DNA of 60,572 nucleotides, filler included, from Bdellovibrionota bacterium (GCA_963169515.1; 5 parts of 5 records of this genome joined end to end with filler, not necessarily neighbours in it); one strand, 5' to 3'; positions 18,711 through 29,526 are shown, counted from the first letter of the whole stretch. Made by a program: numbers and translations. The notes: generated by a model not told the origin, from the sequence alone.

Positions 18711-20231
18711 ATGATTGAACGTCTTCATCGATTTCTCGTCGGAAACCAAACTCCGGCAAGTTCATATTGGGCTGTGCGAGCGTGGCTATTGCGTGGGCTT
18801 GGTTTTATTTACTTTGTCGCATTTTCAATAATTTTTTTTCAAGGCGAAGCGCTCTGGGGATCAAACGGGCTTCTACCTATCGCTCGTTATGTAAGGCCTT
18901 TACAGGAACATATCGGCTCACCATGGTTAGCGTTTCAACAGATACCAAGCCTTTTTTATTTTTTTCCTGATAGCAAAATCAAAATATTCGGTTTGCTTGG
19001 AATGATCTTGTCGATCCCGCTTCTTATTGGATACTCGAACTTGATTTTACTTATGGCACTTTGGCTGATTCAAATATCTTTCGTTAATTCCGGTCAATTA
19101 TTTTATAGTTATGGGTGGGAAACTCTGCTTTTAGAATTTACTTTTTTAATGTTCTTTTTTGTTCCCGTATTTCGCCTCAATAACTCTCGCACTCCTCCGG
19201 CTCGTGTTGTGATTTGGTCTCTGCGTTGGTTGCTTTTTAGATTGATGTTGGGCGCAGGCCTAATTAAGCTCCGCGGCGACCCATGTTGGAAAGATCTTAC
19301 CTGCTTAATATATCACTACGAAACCCAACCCAATCCCCACCCAGGAAGTTATTTTTATAATCTGATGCCACCCTTTTTTCATTATGTCGGAGTAATTTTT
19401 AATCACTTTGTCGAATTAGTCGTTCCATTTGGATATTTTGGTCCTGCAAAAATAAGAAGGTTAGCTGGAGTCATAACAATTTTATTTCAGATTATTTTAA
19501 TTTCGAGTGGAAATTTAGCGTGGCTCAATTGGATTACTCTTATTATATGTTTCTGTTGCTTTGATGATCAGTTTTTAAAATGGTTTGGAAATAGACGCCC
19601 CTTAAGTAGCTTATTTGCCCCAACATTCAGAAAAGCATTTTTTCAAATATGTTTTTATGGTGGATTCGCAACAGTAATCATTTATCTCAGTCTTGGACCA
19701 GTGAAAAACCTAATTGTGACTGATCAGGCGATGAACACCTCATATGGTACTTGGCATTTTGTGAACAGTTATGGCGCCTTCGGTGCCATCGGAAAAGAGC
19801 GAAACGCTGTCATCATTAGCGCTACAGATTCAAAAGAAATTGATGGCACAACAAAATGGTACGAGTATGAATTTTTCTGTGCTCCTGGCGATATTACACG
19901 GCGACCGTGCTTTATTACTCCGTATCATTATCACTTGGATTGGCAAATTTGGTTCTCTGGGATGAGACCGGAACTGCAAGAGGAATGGCTACTCAGGCTT
20001 TCCATAAGGCTTTTGCAAGGTGATGCTGAAATAACTCGTCTATTTAAGTCCGTACCTTTTAAAAATCCAAAATATATTAAAATGGATTTATATCGTTACC
20101 GCTTTGCGGACTTCAAAAATTGGCCAGCTTACTGGTGGCGACGAACATGGAAAAGTGAATATATGCCACCCATTTCTCTAGAATCTTCTGGTGTTCAAAA
20201 ATACATTGGAACGACTACTGACCACCAATAA
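18711..20231 (+). CDS. lipase maturation factor (LMF1) family membrane protein
   Basis: FYSYGWETLLLE, RWLLFRLM.GAGLIKLRGD.CW, YHYETQP.P, SGN.AWLN, PYHY.LDWQ.WF. Confidence 0.9.
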   Translation: MIERLHRFLVGNQTPASSYWAVRAWLLRGLGFIYFVAFSIIFFQGEALWGSNGLLPIARYVRPLQEHIGSPWLAFQQIPSLFYFFPDSKIKIFGLLGMILSIPLLIGYSNLILLMALWLIQISFVNSGQLFYSYGWETLLLEFTFLMFFFVPVFRLNNSRTPPARVVIWSLRWLLFRLMLGAGLIKLRGDPCWKDLTCLIYHYETQPNPHPGSYFYNLMPPFFHYVGVIFNHFVELVVPFGYFGPAKIRRLAGVITILFQIILISSGNLAWLNWITLIICFCCFDDQFLKWFGNRRPLSSLFAPTFRKAFFQICFYGGFATVIIYLSLGPVKNLIVTDQAMNTSYGTWHFVNSYGAFGAIGKERNAVIISATDSKEIDGTTKWYEYEFFCAPGDITRRPCFITPYHYHLDWQIWFSGMRPELQEEWLLRLSIRLLQGDAEITRLFKSVPFKNPKYIKMDLYRYRFADFKNWPAYWWRRTWKSEYMPPISLESSGVQKYIGTTTDHQ

Positions 20232-20751
20232 CCTTAAGAACATCTGCAGCCTGTTCTTTTGTTGAAGCCTTATGGTCAAGCCAAACGATTTTACCATTTT
20301 TAACTAAAAAGGCTTGCCGCGCAGTAAATCCCAAATTTACTGGCACACCAAAGGCCTTTGCCACCTTCTTTTCCGTGTCAGCTAACAAGTGAAAGGGCAG
20401 GTGGTATTTGTCTTTGAATTTCTTTTGATCTTCAACATTGTCCGTGCTCACCCCAAACACAGTGACACCCTTTTGACTTAGTTCTGCAAAAGAATCACGC
20501 AGACTGCACGCTTGGGCTGTGCAACCCGGGGTGTCTGCCTTTGGATAGAAATAAACCAAAGTGTAACCCTTGCTATAATACTGAGTTAGATCGATCATTT
20601 CCCCTTGTTCATTTTTAGCGGAAACCACAGGCGCGCTGTCCCCCACTTTCAAATCGTTTGCTTTAGCAAAGATGCTCGTAAATATAGAAAGCATAAAAAC
20701 TACTCCGAATGTTTGGTAAAACCTCACCCCTGTGATTTCAACATTAAACAT
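20215..20751 (-). CDS. bcp: BCP-type peroxiredoxin, possibly exported
   Basis: YFYPKADTPGCTAQAC; hydrophobic N-terminal extension; start uncertain. Confidence 0.85.
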   Translation of the reverse strand: MFNVEITGVRFYQTFGVVFMLSIFTSIFAKANDLKVGDSAPVVSAKNEQGEMIDLTQYYSKGYTLVYFYPKADTPGCTAQACSLRDSFAELSQKGVTVFGVSTDNVEDQKKFKDKYHLPFHLLADTEKKVAKAFGVPVNLGFTARQAFLVKNGKIVWLDHKASTKEQAADVLKVIGGQ

Positions 20752-20813
20752 ACCTCAACGCAAGGCTTTCGACCGTATTGACGAAATGTTCATATGCCGC
20801 TTACCATAAGTCT

Positions 20814-21812
20814 ATGAAAGTAGATACAGAGTCTTATTTAAGAATTAACAATGCTTGTCTTGTTATACTCACGGCAATAGCCGTTACCGGTGCTCTGATT
20901 TACACTCGAAGCATCTTAATTCCATTTGTATTTGCCATATTCCTATACTCGGTCATTTCCGCTGGAATTAAATCCATGCAGGATCGTTTTCAATTAAAAA
21001 AAATGATGGCGATTCTAGTGACCTTACTTGTGGTGGGTCTTTCTTCTGGCCTCACAGTATTTTTTGTAATTACGTCCATCCAAAGTTTTATTAAAAGCGC
21101 CTATGTCTATAATACAAAGATGCTCGCGTTCATAGATTGGGCCCAACGCCTTGCCGATCACCTGGGTTACTCTCTTGAGGGCGAAGTTTTCAAACAAAAA
21201 TTGACACAACTGCCGCTCTTACAAATTGCACAAGGCCTATCGGGTGATGTTTTCACTTTAATCGGAAATATATTTTTGATTTTTGTATTCACGCTCTTTT
21301 TAGCAATGGGTGGAAAAGGCAAGCAACCCCATCCTCTGCTCGACCAAATCAAAATGAGTGTTTCGAGATACTTATTTATGAAATGGATTTCGTCTGTGGT
21401 GGGTGCCATCATCGTGTGGATTGTTCTCGCCGCTTGTAATGTTGAACTTGCGTTTATGTTCGCATGGCTTGCATTCTTGTTAAATTTTATTCCAACGGTC
21501 GGCTCAATTATTGCTACCCTTGTTCCACTCCCAATCGTAATTTTGCAATTTGGGTTTGGATGGCAGTTCTGGGTCGTCCTGGGGCTTACGATGGGCACTC
21601 AATTTATCATTGGCAGTTTTTTTGAGCCAAAACTGATCGGCGACAGCGTCGACCTTCACCCCATCACGGTTCTCATATTTTTGATGTTTTGGGGATTGGT
21701 TTGGGGAATACCAGGTATGTTCCTGGCCGTCCCAATAACCGCGATCTTGAAAATTATTTTTAGTAAAATTGAAACGACCAAGCCCCTGGCAGAATTGCTT
21801 GCTGGGCGCTAA
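20814..21812 (+). CDS. AI-2E family transporter
   Basis: Multiple TM helices; LLNFIPTVGS, EPKL.G.SVDLHP, FWG..WG..GMFLAVP. Confidence 0.9.
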   Translation: MKVDTESYLRINNACLVILTAIAVTGALIYTRSILIPFVFAIFLYSVISAGIKSMQDRFQLKKMMAILVTLLVVGLSSGLTVFFVITSIQSFIKSAYVYNTKMLAFIDWAQRLADHLGYSLEGEVFKQKLTQLPLLQIAQGLSGDVFTLIGNIFLIFVFTLFLAMGGKGKQPHPLLDQIKMSVSRYLFMKWISSVVGAIIVWIVLAACNVELAFMFAWLAFLLNFIPTVGSIIATLVPLPIVILQFGFGWQFWVVLGLTMGTQFIIGSFFEPKLIGDSVDLHPITVLIFLMFWGLVWGIPGMFLAVPITAILKIIFSKIETTKPLAELLAGR

Positions 21813-21815
21813 TTT

Positions 21816-23414
21816 TCAGTGCTGAAGCTTTCGATATTTAATTCTCTTTGGGGTATCTGCGTCTATACCCAATCGACGACGTCGATCGGCCTCATACTCC
21901 TGATAATTGCCCTCGAACCAAACAACTTTTGAATCACCCTCAAACGCAAGAATGTGAGTTGCAATGCGATCAAGGAACCAACGATCATGCGAAATCACAA
22001 CTGCACACCCGCCGAACGCCAACAGCCCCTCTTCGAGAGCACGGAGAGTGTTTACATCGAGATCATTTGTCGGCTCATCCAGAAGGATAACATTAGCCTC
22101 TTCTTTTAACATTTTTGCAATATTCACCCGGTTTCGCTCTCCGCCCGACAGATTTCCAACTTTCTTTTGTTGGGCATCACCAGAAAAATTAAAGCGAGCG
22201 ACATAGTTTCGCGCATTTACTTCTTTCTTGCCAAGCATCACCGTTTCGCTACCACCAGAAATTTCTTCAAAAATTGTTTTATTAGAATTAAGCGTTTCGC
22301 GTGACTGATCAACGTAGGCCAACTTCACAGTCGGACCGACAGTAAACGTACCCGATGTTGGCTTTTCCTTACCCGCGATCATTTTAAACAGGGTTGTTTT
22401 CCCTGCACCGTTTGGACCAATCACACCTACTATACCACCTCTAGGCAACTTAAATTCCATATTTTCAAACAGAAGGTTATCTCCAAAGGCTTTGGAAACG
22501 CCCTTTGCCTCGATAACAAGATCGCCCAAACGCGGACCCGGAGGAATATATAATTGCAAATCTTCAATTCGATCAGCCGTTTCTTGATTTAAAAGGTTTT
22601 CGTATGCGGTGATGCGGGCTTTGGATTTCGTCTGGCGCGCCCGCGGCGATTGGCGAATCCAATCTAGCTCTTGTTCCAAACTTTTTTGCCGTTTTGTTTC
22701 TTGCTTTTCTTCTTGCGCCAATCGTTTTCCTTTTTGCTCTAACCAAGAAGAATAATTTCCTTCCCACGGAATTCCATGGCCACGATCCAATTCTAAAATC
22801 CATCCGGCGACATTATCCAAAAAATAACGATCGTGTGTCACCGCAACCACTGTTCCTGAAAATTCTGCTAAATATCTTTCTAACCAGGCGACAGATTCTG
22901 CATCCAAATGGTTTGTCGGCTCGTCCAGCAACAAAATATCAGGTTTGCTCAAAAGCAGTTTACAGAGCGCTACACGACGTTTTTCACCCCCTGACAAATT
23001 GATTACTGGTGAATCTCCCGGAGGGCATCGCAAAGCATCCATAGACATTTCAATTTTTCGATCTAAATCCCATGCGCCAATGGCCTCAATTTTATCTTGA
23101 AGGGCCGCTTGCTTATTTATGAGCTTTTCCATCCCTTCGGGAGATAAATCCGGGTCCGCAAACCTTGCGGCAATATCCTCGTACTCTTTCAGCAAACGTG
23201 CTGGTTCGCCGATGCCATCCAAAACATTTTCTTTTACAGTTTTTTTTGAGTCGAGCTCCGGCTCTTGTTGTAAAAATCCAACCCTTATGCCTTCGCGAGC
23301 AAAAGCCTCACCACGGTAGTTTTGGTCCAGGCCGGCCATAATTTTTAAAAGCGTCGATTTGCCTGCTCCATTGTAGCCAAGGATGCCAATCTTTGCGCCA
23401 TCAAAAAATGACAA
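21816..23414 (-). CDS. ettA: energy-dependent translational throttle ABC-F protein, 5' truncated by contig end
   Basis: GAKIG..G.NGAGKST, two ABC domains, [35 protein letters not shown]. Confidence 0.95.
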   Translation of the reverse strand: MSFFDGAKIGILGYNGAGKSTLLKIMAGLDQNYRGEAFAREGIRVGFLQQEPELDSKKTVKENVLDGIGEPARLLKEYEDIAARFADPDLSPEGMEKLINKQAALQDKIEAIGAWDLDRKIEMSMDALRCPPGDSPVINLSGGEKRRVALCKLLLSKPDILLLDEPTNHLDAESVAWLERYLAEFSGTVVAVTHDRYFLDNVAGWILELDRGHGIPWEGNYSSWLEQKGKRLAQEEKQETKRQKSLEQELDWIRQSPRARQTKSKARITAYENLLNQETADRIEDLQLYIPPGPRLGDLVIEAKGVSKAFGDNLLFENMEFKLPRGGIVGVIGPNGAGKTTLFKMIAGKEKPTSGTFTVGPTVKLAYVDQSRETLNSNKTIFEEISGGSETVMLGKKEVNARNYVARFNFSGDAQQKKVGNLSGGERNRVNIAKMLKEEANVILLDEPTNDLDVNTLRALEEGLLAFGGCAVVISHDRWFLDRIATHILAFEGDSKVVWFEGNYQEYEADRRRRLGIDADTPKRIKYRKLQH

Positions 23415-23514
23415 NNNNNNNNNNNNNNNNNNNNNNNNNNNNNNNNNNNNNNNNNNNNTTAATTAATTAANNNNNNNNNNNNNNNNNNNNNNNNNNNNNN
23501 NNNNNNNNNNNNNN
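23415..23514. other. artificial contig-join spacer
   Basis: N-run containing a TTAATTAATTAA all-frame stop linker. Confidence 0.99.
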
Positions 23515-23624
23515 CCTCGGCCAATTCTAACCTTGCGGCCTAATAATTTGAAAGCGGCGCCTTTGTCGGGTCCACGGAGCACCTTTAGCACATAGGCTTT
23601 TTGCAGTTGCAGGTTAGCCGACAT
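23515..23624 (-). CDS. FHA-domain protein N-terminus (truncated by contig end; not in ORF track)
   Basis: GGAGG RBS then MSANLQLQKAYVLKVLRGPDKGAAFKLLGRKVRIGR, an FHA N-terminal pattern. Confidence 0.75.
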
Positions 23625-23706
23625 CAAATCCTCCGCCAGATGCAGATTTAAATACTACAAGATAGAAGTTTATGTCCCTGTCCCCATGGATGGTCTTCAG
23701 ATGTAT

Positions 23707-25212
23707 TTAATAGTTATTTCCTGAAAATTCGAGCTGATTTGACAGTCCATTTGGAGTCGCCGCAGACCTTTGTATAAGGTCTTGGAGACTCAAGATTAAT
23801 GCTTGGTCATTTAAGCTATCTATGCCTCGGCCTTCAATTTGGTTTCCAGACAGCCCAGTCAGTTCTTCGAACTTCGAATTTCCGCATATAACAGTAGAGT
23901 TTCTGTCAATTGTGATTGCCGGCTGATCGATGATTTCAATCACGCCACGAGCTTCGGCCGCTCGATCAATGAGCGAAACCGGAGCGCCTGTTGGATTTGG
24001 ATTTCGTGCACGGTGGATAAGCGAGTTTATGTGACTCACAACGGATGCTAAGTTTGGATAATTATAGGTTGTAGAAACTGTGTCTGTTTCATTTTTTAGA
24101 ACTTTGTTCAGTTGTGAGTTAAGGGAGTTGATTGGATAATCCACAAAGTTATGCATAAAATAAAAAATGATAAATCCAAAGAAAAGCGCAAGAGTAAAAA
24201 CTTGGACAAAAAGGCTGAATGTTCTCTCGGCATCGATTGCAACAGACCCCATATTATAGATAACTACGGCATGAGCCGTAACGGTTGGTGAGCCTGTTTC
24301 TTTTGAAAAAGTTGTAATTGGAACGCTGACGCCAATATGACTGCCATCGATCATTTCACGTACTTTCTCATCACTTTTCCGTGCCTCATGAATAAACGGC
24401 TTATTGACTGATTCGCCAGCTTTTCTTGCGGGGGCCAAGACGCGTCCATCATCTGCAGAGATAACATATGCCACATCAACGCCAGGTTCTCTTTCAATAA
24501 ATCGAGTATCAAATGTGCTGTCTGTTCCACTTTTTACTGCATTGATATAACGTTCTTGGAGGGCTTCAGCCAGTGTGTCTGTTCGCCTCATGCTTTCTTG
24601 TTCAATCGCGGCCTTTGTAATTTGAATCATTGGAATCACAGATAAGAATGTTACAAGTACGACAAAAATGGTTACAAAAAATCCGAGCGCCCACTTGAAT
24701 TCCATGGTCTCACCCAATTTGTATACGCCAGGGAGAACGATGTTTCGCATATAATGTTCTAAATACTCAGGTAGCGTTTGCGCTTTTTTAAGTTGTGCTG
24801 TTTGGGTTGCCGTTCTTGTTTGTTCTTGTGCCATACCGACTGTCTGTGGATTTGGAATGGAAACATTGTTTAAATTTAAAGCTGCGTTCCCAGAATAAGA
24901 GTGGCTAGAAATTATTGGATTCGACTGTGCTGGTTGTATATCCAAAATGCTGTCAAAAAGGGTAATCTTGTCACCGGGCTTTATTTGCATTTTACTGATT
25001 CGTATACCGTTTATAAATGTTCCGTTTGTCGAATTCAAATCTTGTACGTAAATGTTTTTCCCTTGGATGTAAATATTTGTATGTTCCTTAGAAATCCCTG
25101 GTGTCGGAATGCAAATTGCACAAGATGGAGCGCGACCGACGATGTTATCGCCTTCGCGTAGCATGAAGCTTTTTCCAGAATTGGCACCTTTGAGGATTCT
25201 AACCGACCACAT
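23707..25212 (-). CDS. FHA-domain membrane protein with periplasmic domain and C-terminal PAS-like region
   Basis: VGR, ISKEH, DLNSTNGTFING; two TM helices; PAS-like tail; in-frame continuation past the TAA to 23614. Confidence 0.85.
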   Translation of the reverse strand: MWSVRILKGANSGKSFMLREGDNIVGRAPSCAICIPTPGISKEHTNIYIQGKNIYVQDLNSTNGTFINGIRISKMQIKPGDKITLFDSILDIQPAQSNPIISSHSYSGNAALNLNNVSIPNPQTVGMAQEQTRTATQTAQLKKAQTLPEYLEHYMRNIVLPGVYKLGETMEFKWALGFFVTIFVVLVTFLSVIPMIQITKAAIEQESMRRTDTLAEALQERYINAVKSGTDSTFDTRFIEREPGVDVAYVISADDGRVLAPARKAGESVNKPFIHEARKSDEKVREMIDGSHIGVSVPITTFSKETGSPTVTAHAVVIYNMGSVAIDAERTFSLFVQVFTLALFFGFIIFYFMHNFVDYPINSLNSQLNKVLKNETDTVSTTYNYPNLASVVSHINSLIHRARNPNPTGAPVSLIDRAAEARGVIEIIDQPAITIDRNSTVICGNSKFEELTGLSGNQIEGRGIDSLNDQALILSLQDLIQRSAATPNGLSNQLEFSGNNY

Positions 25213-25546
25213 CGAGCTGATCCCCCACTTGTGTTTTTGAATCTTTAACTGTTCCTGCAGGCAGTTCGAAGACAGAATGTGCACCGAAAGCGGGCAACGT
25301 CATTCTCCATGGTTTCAAGTCAGAAACACATTTTCGAACAACCATTTTTTTATCAACGAAGATTGCATCGATTGTGAACTTCATAAAAAATGTATGAATA
25401 CTTGTGCACGAATCAATCCACAGGCTTTTTCCAGGTTCCAGGTTCTTTTTTCCGAGTAGGCCCTTGAGCCGAGAATAAAATGTGCGAGCCTCAAATATTT
25501 CTTGAGAGATTTTTAAATTTTTTGTTTTGTTAAACAGTAAGGCCAT
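25199..25546 (-). CDS. DUF192 family protein
   Basis: R..GLLG, SIHTFFM.F.ID..F.D, VFELPAG. Confidence 0.85.
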   Translation of the reverse strand: MALLFNKTKNLKISQEIFEARTFYSRLKGLLGKKNLEPGKSLWIDSCTSIHTFFMKFTIDAIFVDKKMVVRKCVSDLKPWRMTLPAFGAHSVFELPAGTVKDSKTQVGDQLDVVG

Positions 25547-26442
25547 TATGTGCCCCCCGTTAAGAACTTGATGATTACAGGGCCGAAAACCATGATAAAA
25601 ACGGCCGGTAAGATAAAAACCATTAATGGGATTAAAATTGTTTGAGACGCTTTTGCGCCAGCCTTTTCAGCGCGTGTAAACCGTTCGACGCGCATTTGTA
25701 CCGATTGTTGTTTTAACACGCTTGCGATGCTTACGCCCGTTGCGTCTGCATCGATTAAAACGGTTACAAAGCTTACAACTTCCGGAATGTCCAGACGGGC
25801 GGACATTGCTTTTAATGCATCCGCACGCGTGCTTCCCAATTTCAGATCCCGAAGAACCTGTGAAAGCTCTTCAGCCAAAACACTATTTTCAGATTTTTCT
25901 ACGACACGTTGAATGGACCCGATAAAGTCAAGTCCGGCTTCGGTTGAAAGCGCAAGTAGGTCGATGAAGAATGGTAAGTCTGCGACTACCGAAATCCTTC
26001 TTGAGTTGCGTTCGTTTTTCGCATGCAGAAATGGAAAGTAAAATCCAACAAAGCCGGTCACAATTACAGCGAGCGTTGGATAGCCAAGCTCAAGAGTAAA
26101 GTTTAAGACTGTCAGAACAAGTGGGAAGAGACCGCCCCACAAAATTTGTAAGCCGATAAATTCGTCTACGTTGAGTTCCCGTTGGAGACCGCCAAGTGCA
26201 ATGGCCTTTTCGGCTCGTTTCCGATATTTAGGGTTCTTCACCCTTTGTGCAAAACCTAAGCAAAACTTATGAACAAGTGGGCGAGAGAACTCAAGAAACT
26301 TTGATTTGGATGTAACAGGTTCTTCTTCAGAAGCCCATTTTAAAGCCTGCTGATCTTGATTCACGGAAAGAATCAAATGGGTTATCATGTAAACAGCAGT
26401 CCCTGCCATTAACAATCCAACGATGAGGGTTATATCTCCCAT
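25546..26442 (-). CDS. tadC: TadC-like type II secretion system F family protein
   Basis: LPFFIDLLAL..EAGL, E...V.....LG..R..AL, AEKAGAK, PL..FILPA. Confidence 0.85.
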   Translation of the reverse strand: MGDITLIVGLLMAGTAVYMITHLILSVNQDQQALKWASEEEPVTSKSKFLEFSRPLVHKFCLGFAQRVKNPKYRKRAEKAIALGGLQRELNVDEFIGLQILWGGLFPLVLTVLNFTLELGYPTLAVIVTGFVGFYFPFLHAKNERNSRRISVVADLPFFIDLLALSTEAGLDFIGSIQRVVEKSENSVLAEELSQVLRDLKLGSTRADALKAMSARLDIPEVVSFVTVLIDADATGVSIASVLKQQSVQMRVERFTRAEKAGAKASQTILIPLMVFILPAVFIMVFGPVIIKFLTGGT

Positions 26443-26470
26443 TTTTTCTCCAACTATGTTTACATGTTGT

Positions 26471-27073
26471 ATGCGAACACTCGTGCTTGCTTCCAACTCA
26501 CCACGCCGCAAACAACTACTTGAAAACGCGGGTTATAAAATTCACGTTCTCTTAGTTAAAGTATCGGAATTGCTAGAAAAAAACCTGACATTGGATGAAG
26601 CAATTATCGGAATTGCTAGATCAAAGGCTAGGGCTGCGGCAGAGGTTTCTAAATCATTGAAATTAAATAATATTTTGCTTCTGACGGCAGACACAGTGGT
26701 AATTCTAGACGAAGAAATTTTTGGAAAACCAAAAAACAAGGCTCAGGCTTTTGAATTTCTTAGACGTTTGTCTGGGAAAACTCACCAGGTTAAGACCGCC
26801 GTTTGTCTGTGGGATATGATTACAAAGCGGATCATAAACGAAATTGAGACCTCACGTGTTACGTTCAGAAAACTTACAGAAAAGGAAATTTATGAGTACG
26901 TTGAAACAGGCGAGCCGATGGACAAAGCAGGTGCTTATGGAATTCAGGGTCATGCGAATAATTTTATCACACAGGTTAATGGTTCATGGGACAATGTAAT
27001 GGGTTTGCCCGTCGATAGAGTGAAAAGGATTTTGGACGAAAATGGATGGCAAGTTGAGAAGCAGAATCGCTAG
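26471..27073 (+). CDS. maf: Maf nucleoside triphosphate pyrophosphatase
   Basis: LVLASNSPRR, ADTVV, GKP, LSGKTH, DKAGAYGIQG, NVMGLP. Confidence 0.95.
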   Translation: MRTLVLASNSPRRKQLLENAGYKIHVLLVKVSELLEKNLTLDEAIIGIARSKARAAAEVSKSLKLNNILLLTADTVVILDEEIFGKPKNKAQAFEFLRRLSGKTHQVKTAVCLWDMITKRIINEIETSRVTFRKLTEKEIYEYVETGEPMDKAGAYGIQGHANNFITQVNGSWDNVMGLPVDRVKRILDENGWQVEKQNR

Positions 27074-27695
27074 TGCGGCTGAAAAATCTGGGCGAAAGGC
27101 TTCAGAGATAAAAATCATTGGAGCCTCAAAGTTACAAACGATTGAAAACTTAAAAAAATTTACAGATAAAGTTTATGCTTTTGCTGAAAACTATGTTCAA
27201 GAATTTGAAAAGAAAAAAATTTTACTTCCAAATGTTCGATGGCATTTTATTGGGCCGCTACAAACAAACAAAATAAAAAAAATTGTAGGTGAAGTCGAAC
27301 TTATTCATTCAGTAGGGCGAATTGAAGAAGCTAAAGAGATTTCAAAACGTGCGGCAGAAAAGAATATTACGCAGCGAATTTTGGTCGAGGTAAACGTCGC
27401 AGATGAGAGCTCTAAACACGGCGTTTCATTTGACAAGTTAGAGAAATTTGTAAATGAAATTAAAATGTTACCAGCAATAAAAGTAACAGGACTTATGTCG
27501 ATGCCCCCTCTTTCAGGGGATGCAAGTGAAAGCCGCACCTATTTTAAAAAATTAAAAGATGCAGCTAAAAAACTACAGCTATCAGAGTTATCGATGGGGA
27601 CTTCAAATGATTTTGAAATTGCAATCGAAGAAGGCGCAACAATGATTCGAATCGGAGAAATACTGTTTGGCCCACGGTTAAAGGAGAAGGCATGA
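27042..27695 (+). CDS. yggS: YggS family PLP-binding protein
   Basis: ASK, AENYVQE, WHFIGPLQTNK, GLMSMP, LSMGTSND, GATMIRIG. Confidence 0.95.
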   Translation: MDGKLRSRIASAAEKSGRKASEIKIIGASKLQTIENLKKFTDKVYAFAENYVQEFEKKKILLPNVRWHFIGPLQTNKIKKIVGEVELIHSVGRIEEAKEISKRAAEKNITQRILVEVNVADESSKHGVSFDKLEKFVNEIKMLPAIKVTGLMSMPPLSGDASESRTYFKKLKDAAKKLQLSELSMGTSNDFEIAIEEGATMIRIGEILFGPRLKEKA

Positions 27696-28510
27696 ATTTA
27701 ATAAGGGATAAAAAAATCGGTTTCATCGGAACTGGAAATTTAGCACAGGCAATTATTTCGGGTCTTTTAGAATCAGACACGGTTCGTAAGGATCAGATTT
27801 TTGCATCAAATAGATCTGAAAAGCGCCTTGACCGTGTTGCAGAAAAATTTGGAATTAGAAATTTTGCAACAAACGAAGAGGTTGTCGATAGCTGTGAAAT
27901 TATATTTATTGCGACAAAACCTCAGGATTTGTTCGATGCAGTTGAGCCAATCGCCCCAAGCTTTGACGAATCAAAAACAGTGATTAGCTTAGCGGCGGGA
28001 ATTCGACTCGAAACTTTGCAAAAGACGCTTCCTAATGTAAGGAATCTAGTTCGTGTTATGGCAAACATTCCAATACGTATTGGCAAGTCGGTTATAGGGT
28101 TTTGCACGGCGGAAGAGGCGGTTTTGGTCGATGATAAAATTCGCACGTTGCTTAGCCCATTGGGTTATGTGGTTAAAGCAAAGGACGATGAAATGCTTTC
28201 AGCTATTACGGTTTCTGCTGCAAGCGGCACAGGATTCATTTTTGAACTTATGACCTACTGGGCAGATTGGATTAAAGATTATGGTTTTTCAGACGAAGAA
28301 GCTTACCATATAGCGCTCGAGACATTTTTAGGTGCAGCAATGCTTGCAAAAGAAAGTAAAACTAAGATTCTAGATCTTCTCGATCAGGTCGCTTCGAAAA
28401 AGGGAGTTACTCATGCAGGGTTAGATTCCATGCGCGAATTGGATATAGAGCGCGCATTGCGGATCAGCTTTGAAAAGGCGTTATTGAGAGATAAGGAACT
28501 TGGAAGATAG
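27692..28510 (+). CDS. proC: pyrroline-5-carboxylate reductase
   Basis: IGFIGTGN, ATKPQ, ISLAAG, VRVM.N, VASK.G.T. Confidence 0.9.
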   Translation: MNLIRDKKIGFIGTGNLAQAIISGLLESDTVRKDQIFASNRSEKRLDRVAEKFGIRNFATNEEVVDSCEIIFIATKPQDLFDAVEPIAPSFDESKTVISLAAGIRLETLQKTLPNVRNLVRVMANIPIRIGKSVIGFCTAEEAVLVDDKIRTLLSPLGYVVKAKDDEMLSAITVSAASGTGFIFELMTYWADWIKDYGFSDEEAYHIALETFLGAAMLAKESKTKILDLLDQVASKKGVTHAGLDSMRELDIERALRISFEKALLRDKELGR

Positions 28511-28512
28511 AT

Positions 28513-29382
28513 TTAATCGAGTATTTGAATGCCAATGATTCGGAAGTTTGTCCAATATCCTCGAAGGATATTGAGTGGACGCAAGAGTTCCACAATGCTT
28601 GTATATTCAATTCTCAACATTTTTCCAGTCATCATGCATTTGACGATGTAATCAAACATTTCGGGATCATCGGCTAAGCTTAGGCGTTTAAAATTATTTC
28701 CAGTATTTCCTAATTGAACCGTGATTTCATAGGTTTTACGGAATACATCTTCAACAGAGGCACCAATGATGCGCCCTTCGATCGTACTTTTTAAAGGGGT
28801 CAGATTTCTTGTTCCCAGCAGCCCTGTATTAGCTTTTTTATATTTTGGGATTTTCAAATTTGGGTTTGCAGGCCAAATTCCACGCAGGTAAGTTTTTGTG
28901 TCTGTAAATACAGATTGAGGTGCAACAAGTGGGCGTTGGTAAAAAATTACGACAGGTCCGTCGCCAAGATTGTCGTATTCTTCATAGTAGTCATCAGAAA
29001 AAAAGCTAAAATTGAACGGATTAAATCCAAGCAAGCACTCTTTGCGGTCTTCTTCGGAAATATAATCCTGAGGGTCTTCAATGTTCTTTTCTGAAGCAAT
29101 CCGTTTTCTTTTCTTTGCTCTTTCAATTGCAAGGGCAAAGCAACTCGTGTCATAAATTTCACCTTGATTCGTTCCAAAACCCAACTGAAGCTGTCCCTCA
29201 TATCTGTAACGCCAAAACCAAATGCCTTTTTCCGCCATTCTTAGGACATATCCCAATCGGAACCCTTCCGATAAGTACATCATATTCGGCGGTACAGGTT
29301 TTAAATGAGGAAATTCCGGTACGTCCGTTGCGCCGGCGGCAAGTAAGCAAACGACAATAAGCCAAATGTTGGACCGTCTCAT
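28513..29382 (-). CDS. hypothetical secreted protein with two similar beta-rich repeats
   Basis: Signal-like MRRSNIWLIVVCLLAAGA; SEG.R.G.V...EKG..YEG.L.LG pattern echoed in the second half. Confidence 0.65.
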   Translation of the reverse strand: MRRSNIWLIVVCLLAAGATDVPEFPHLKPVPPNMMYLSEGFRLGYVLRMAEKGIWFWRYRYEGQLQLGFGTNQGEIYDTSCFALAIERAKKRKRIASEKNIEDPQDYISEEDRKECLLGFNPFNFSFFSDDYYEEYDNLGDGPVVIFYQRPLVAPQSVFTDTKTYLRGIWPANPNLKIPKYKKANTGLLGTRNLTPLKSTIEGRIIGASVEDVFRKTYEITVQLGNTGNNFKRLSLADDPEMFDYIVKCMMTGKMLRIEYTSIVELLRPLNILRGYWTNFRIIGIQILD

Positions 29383-29526
29383 GTGGGACAACCTAGCATT
29401 TACAGGCTTTGACAATAAGAAGGCGCGGTGAAGAGTTTCAGAAACTTCATGACCTTGGGCCAGATTTTTTTCCCGATTCGTGCGTATCCAGGGACTATTC
29501 ATTAAACTTTAATCTAGGAGGCCCAG

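Noticed and set aside
23415..23514. Repeated TTAATTAATTAA motif in N-runs (four copies)
   Set aside because: Artificial scaffolding linker; ORF tails ending XXXLIN are artefacts
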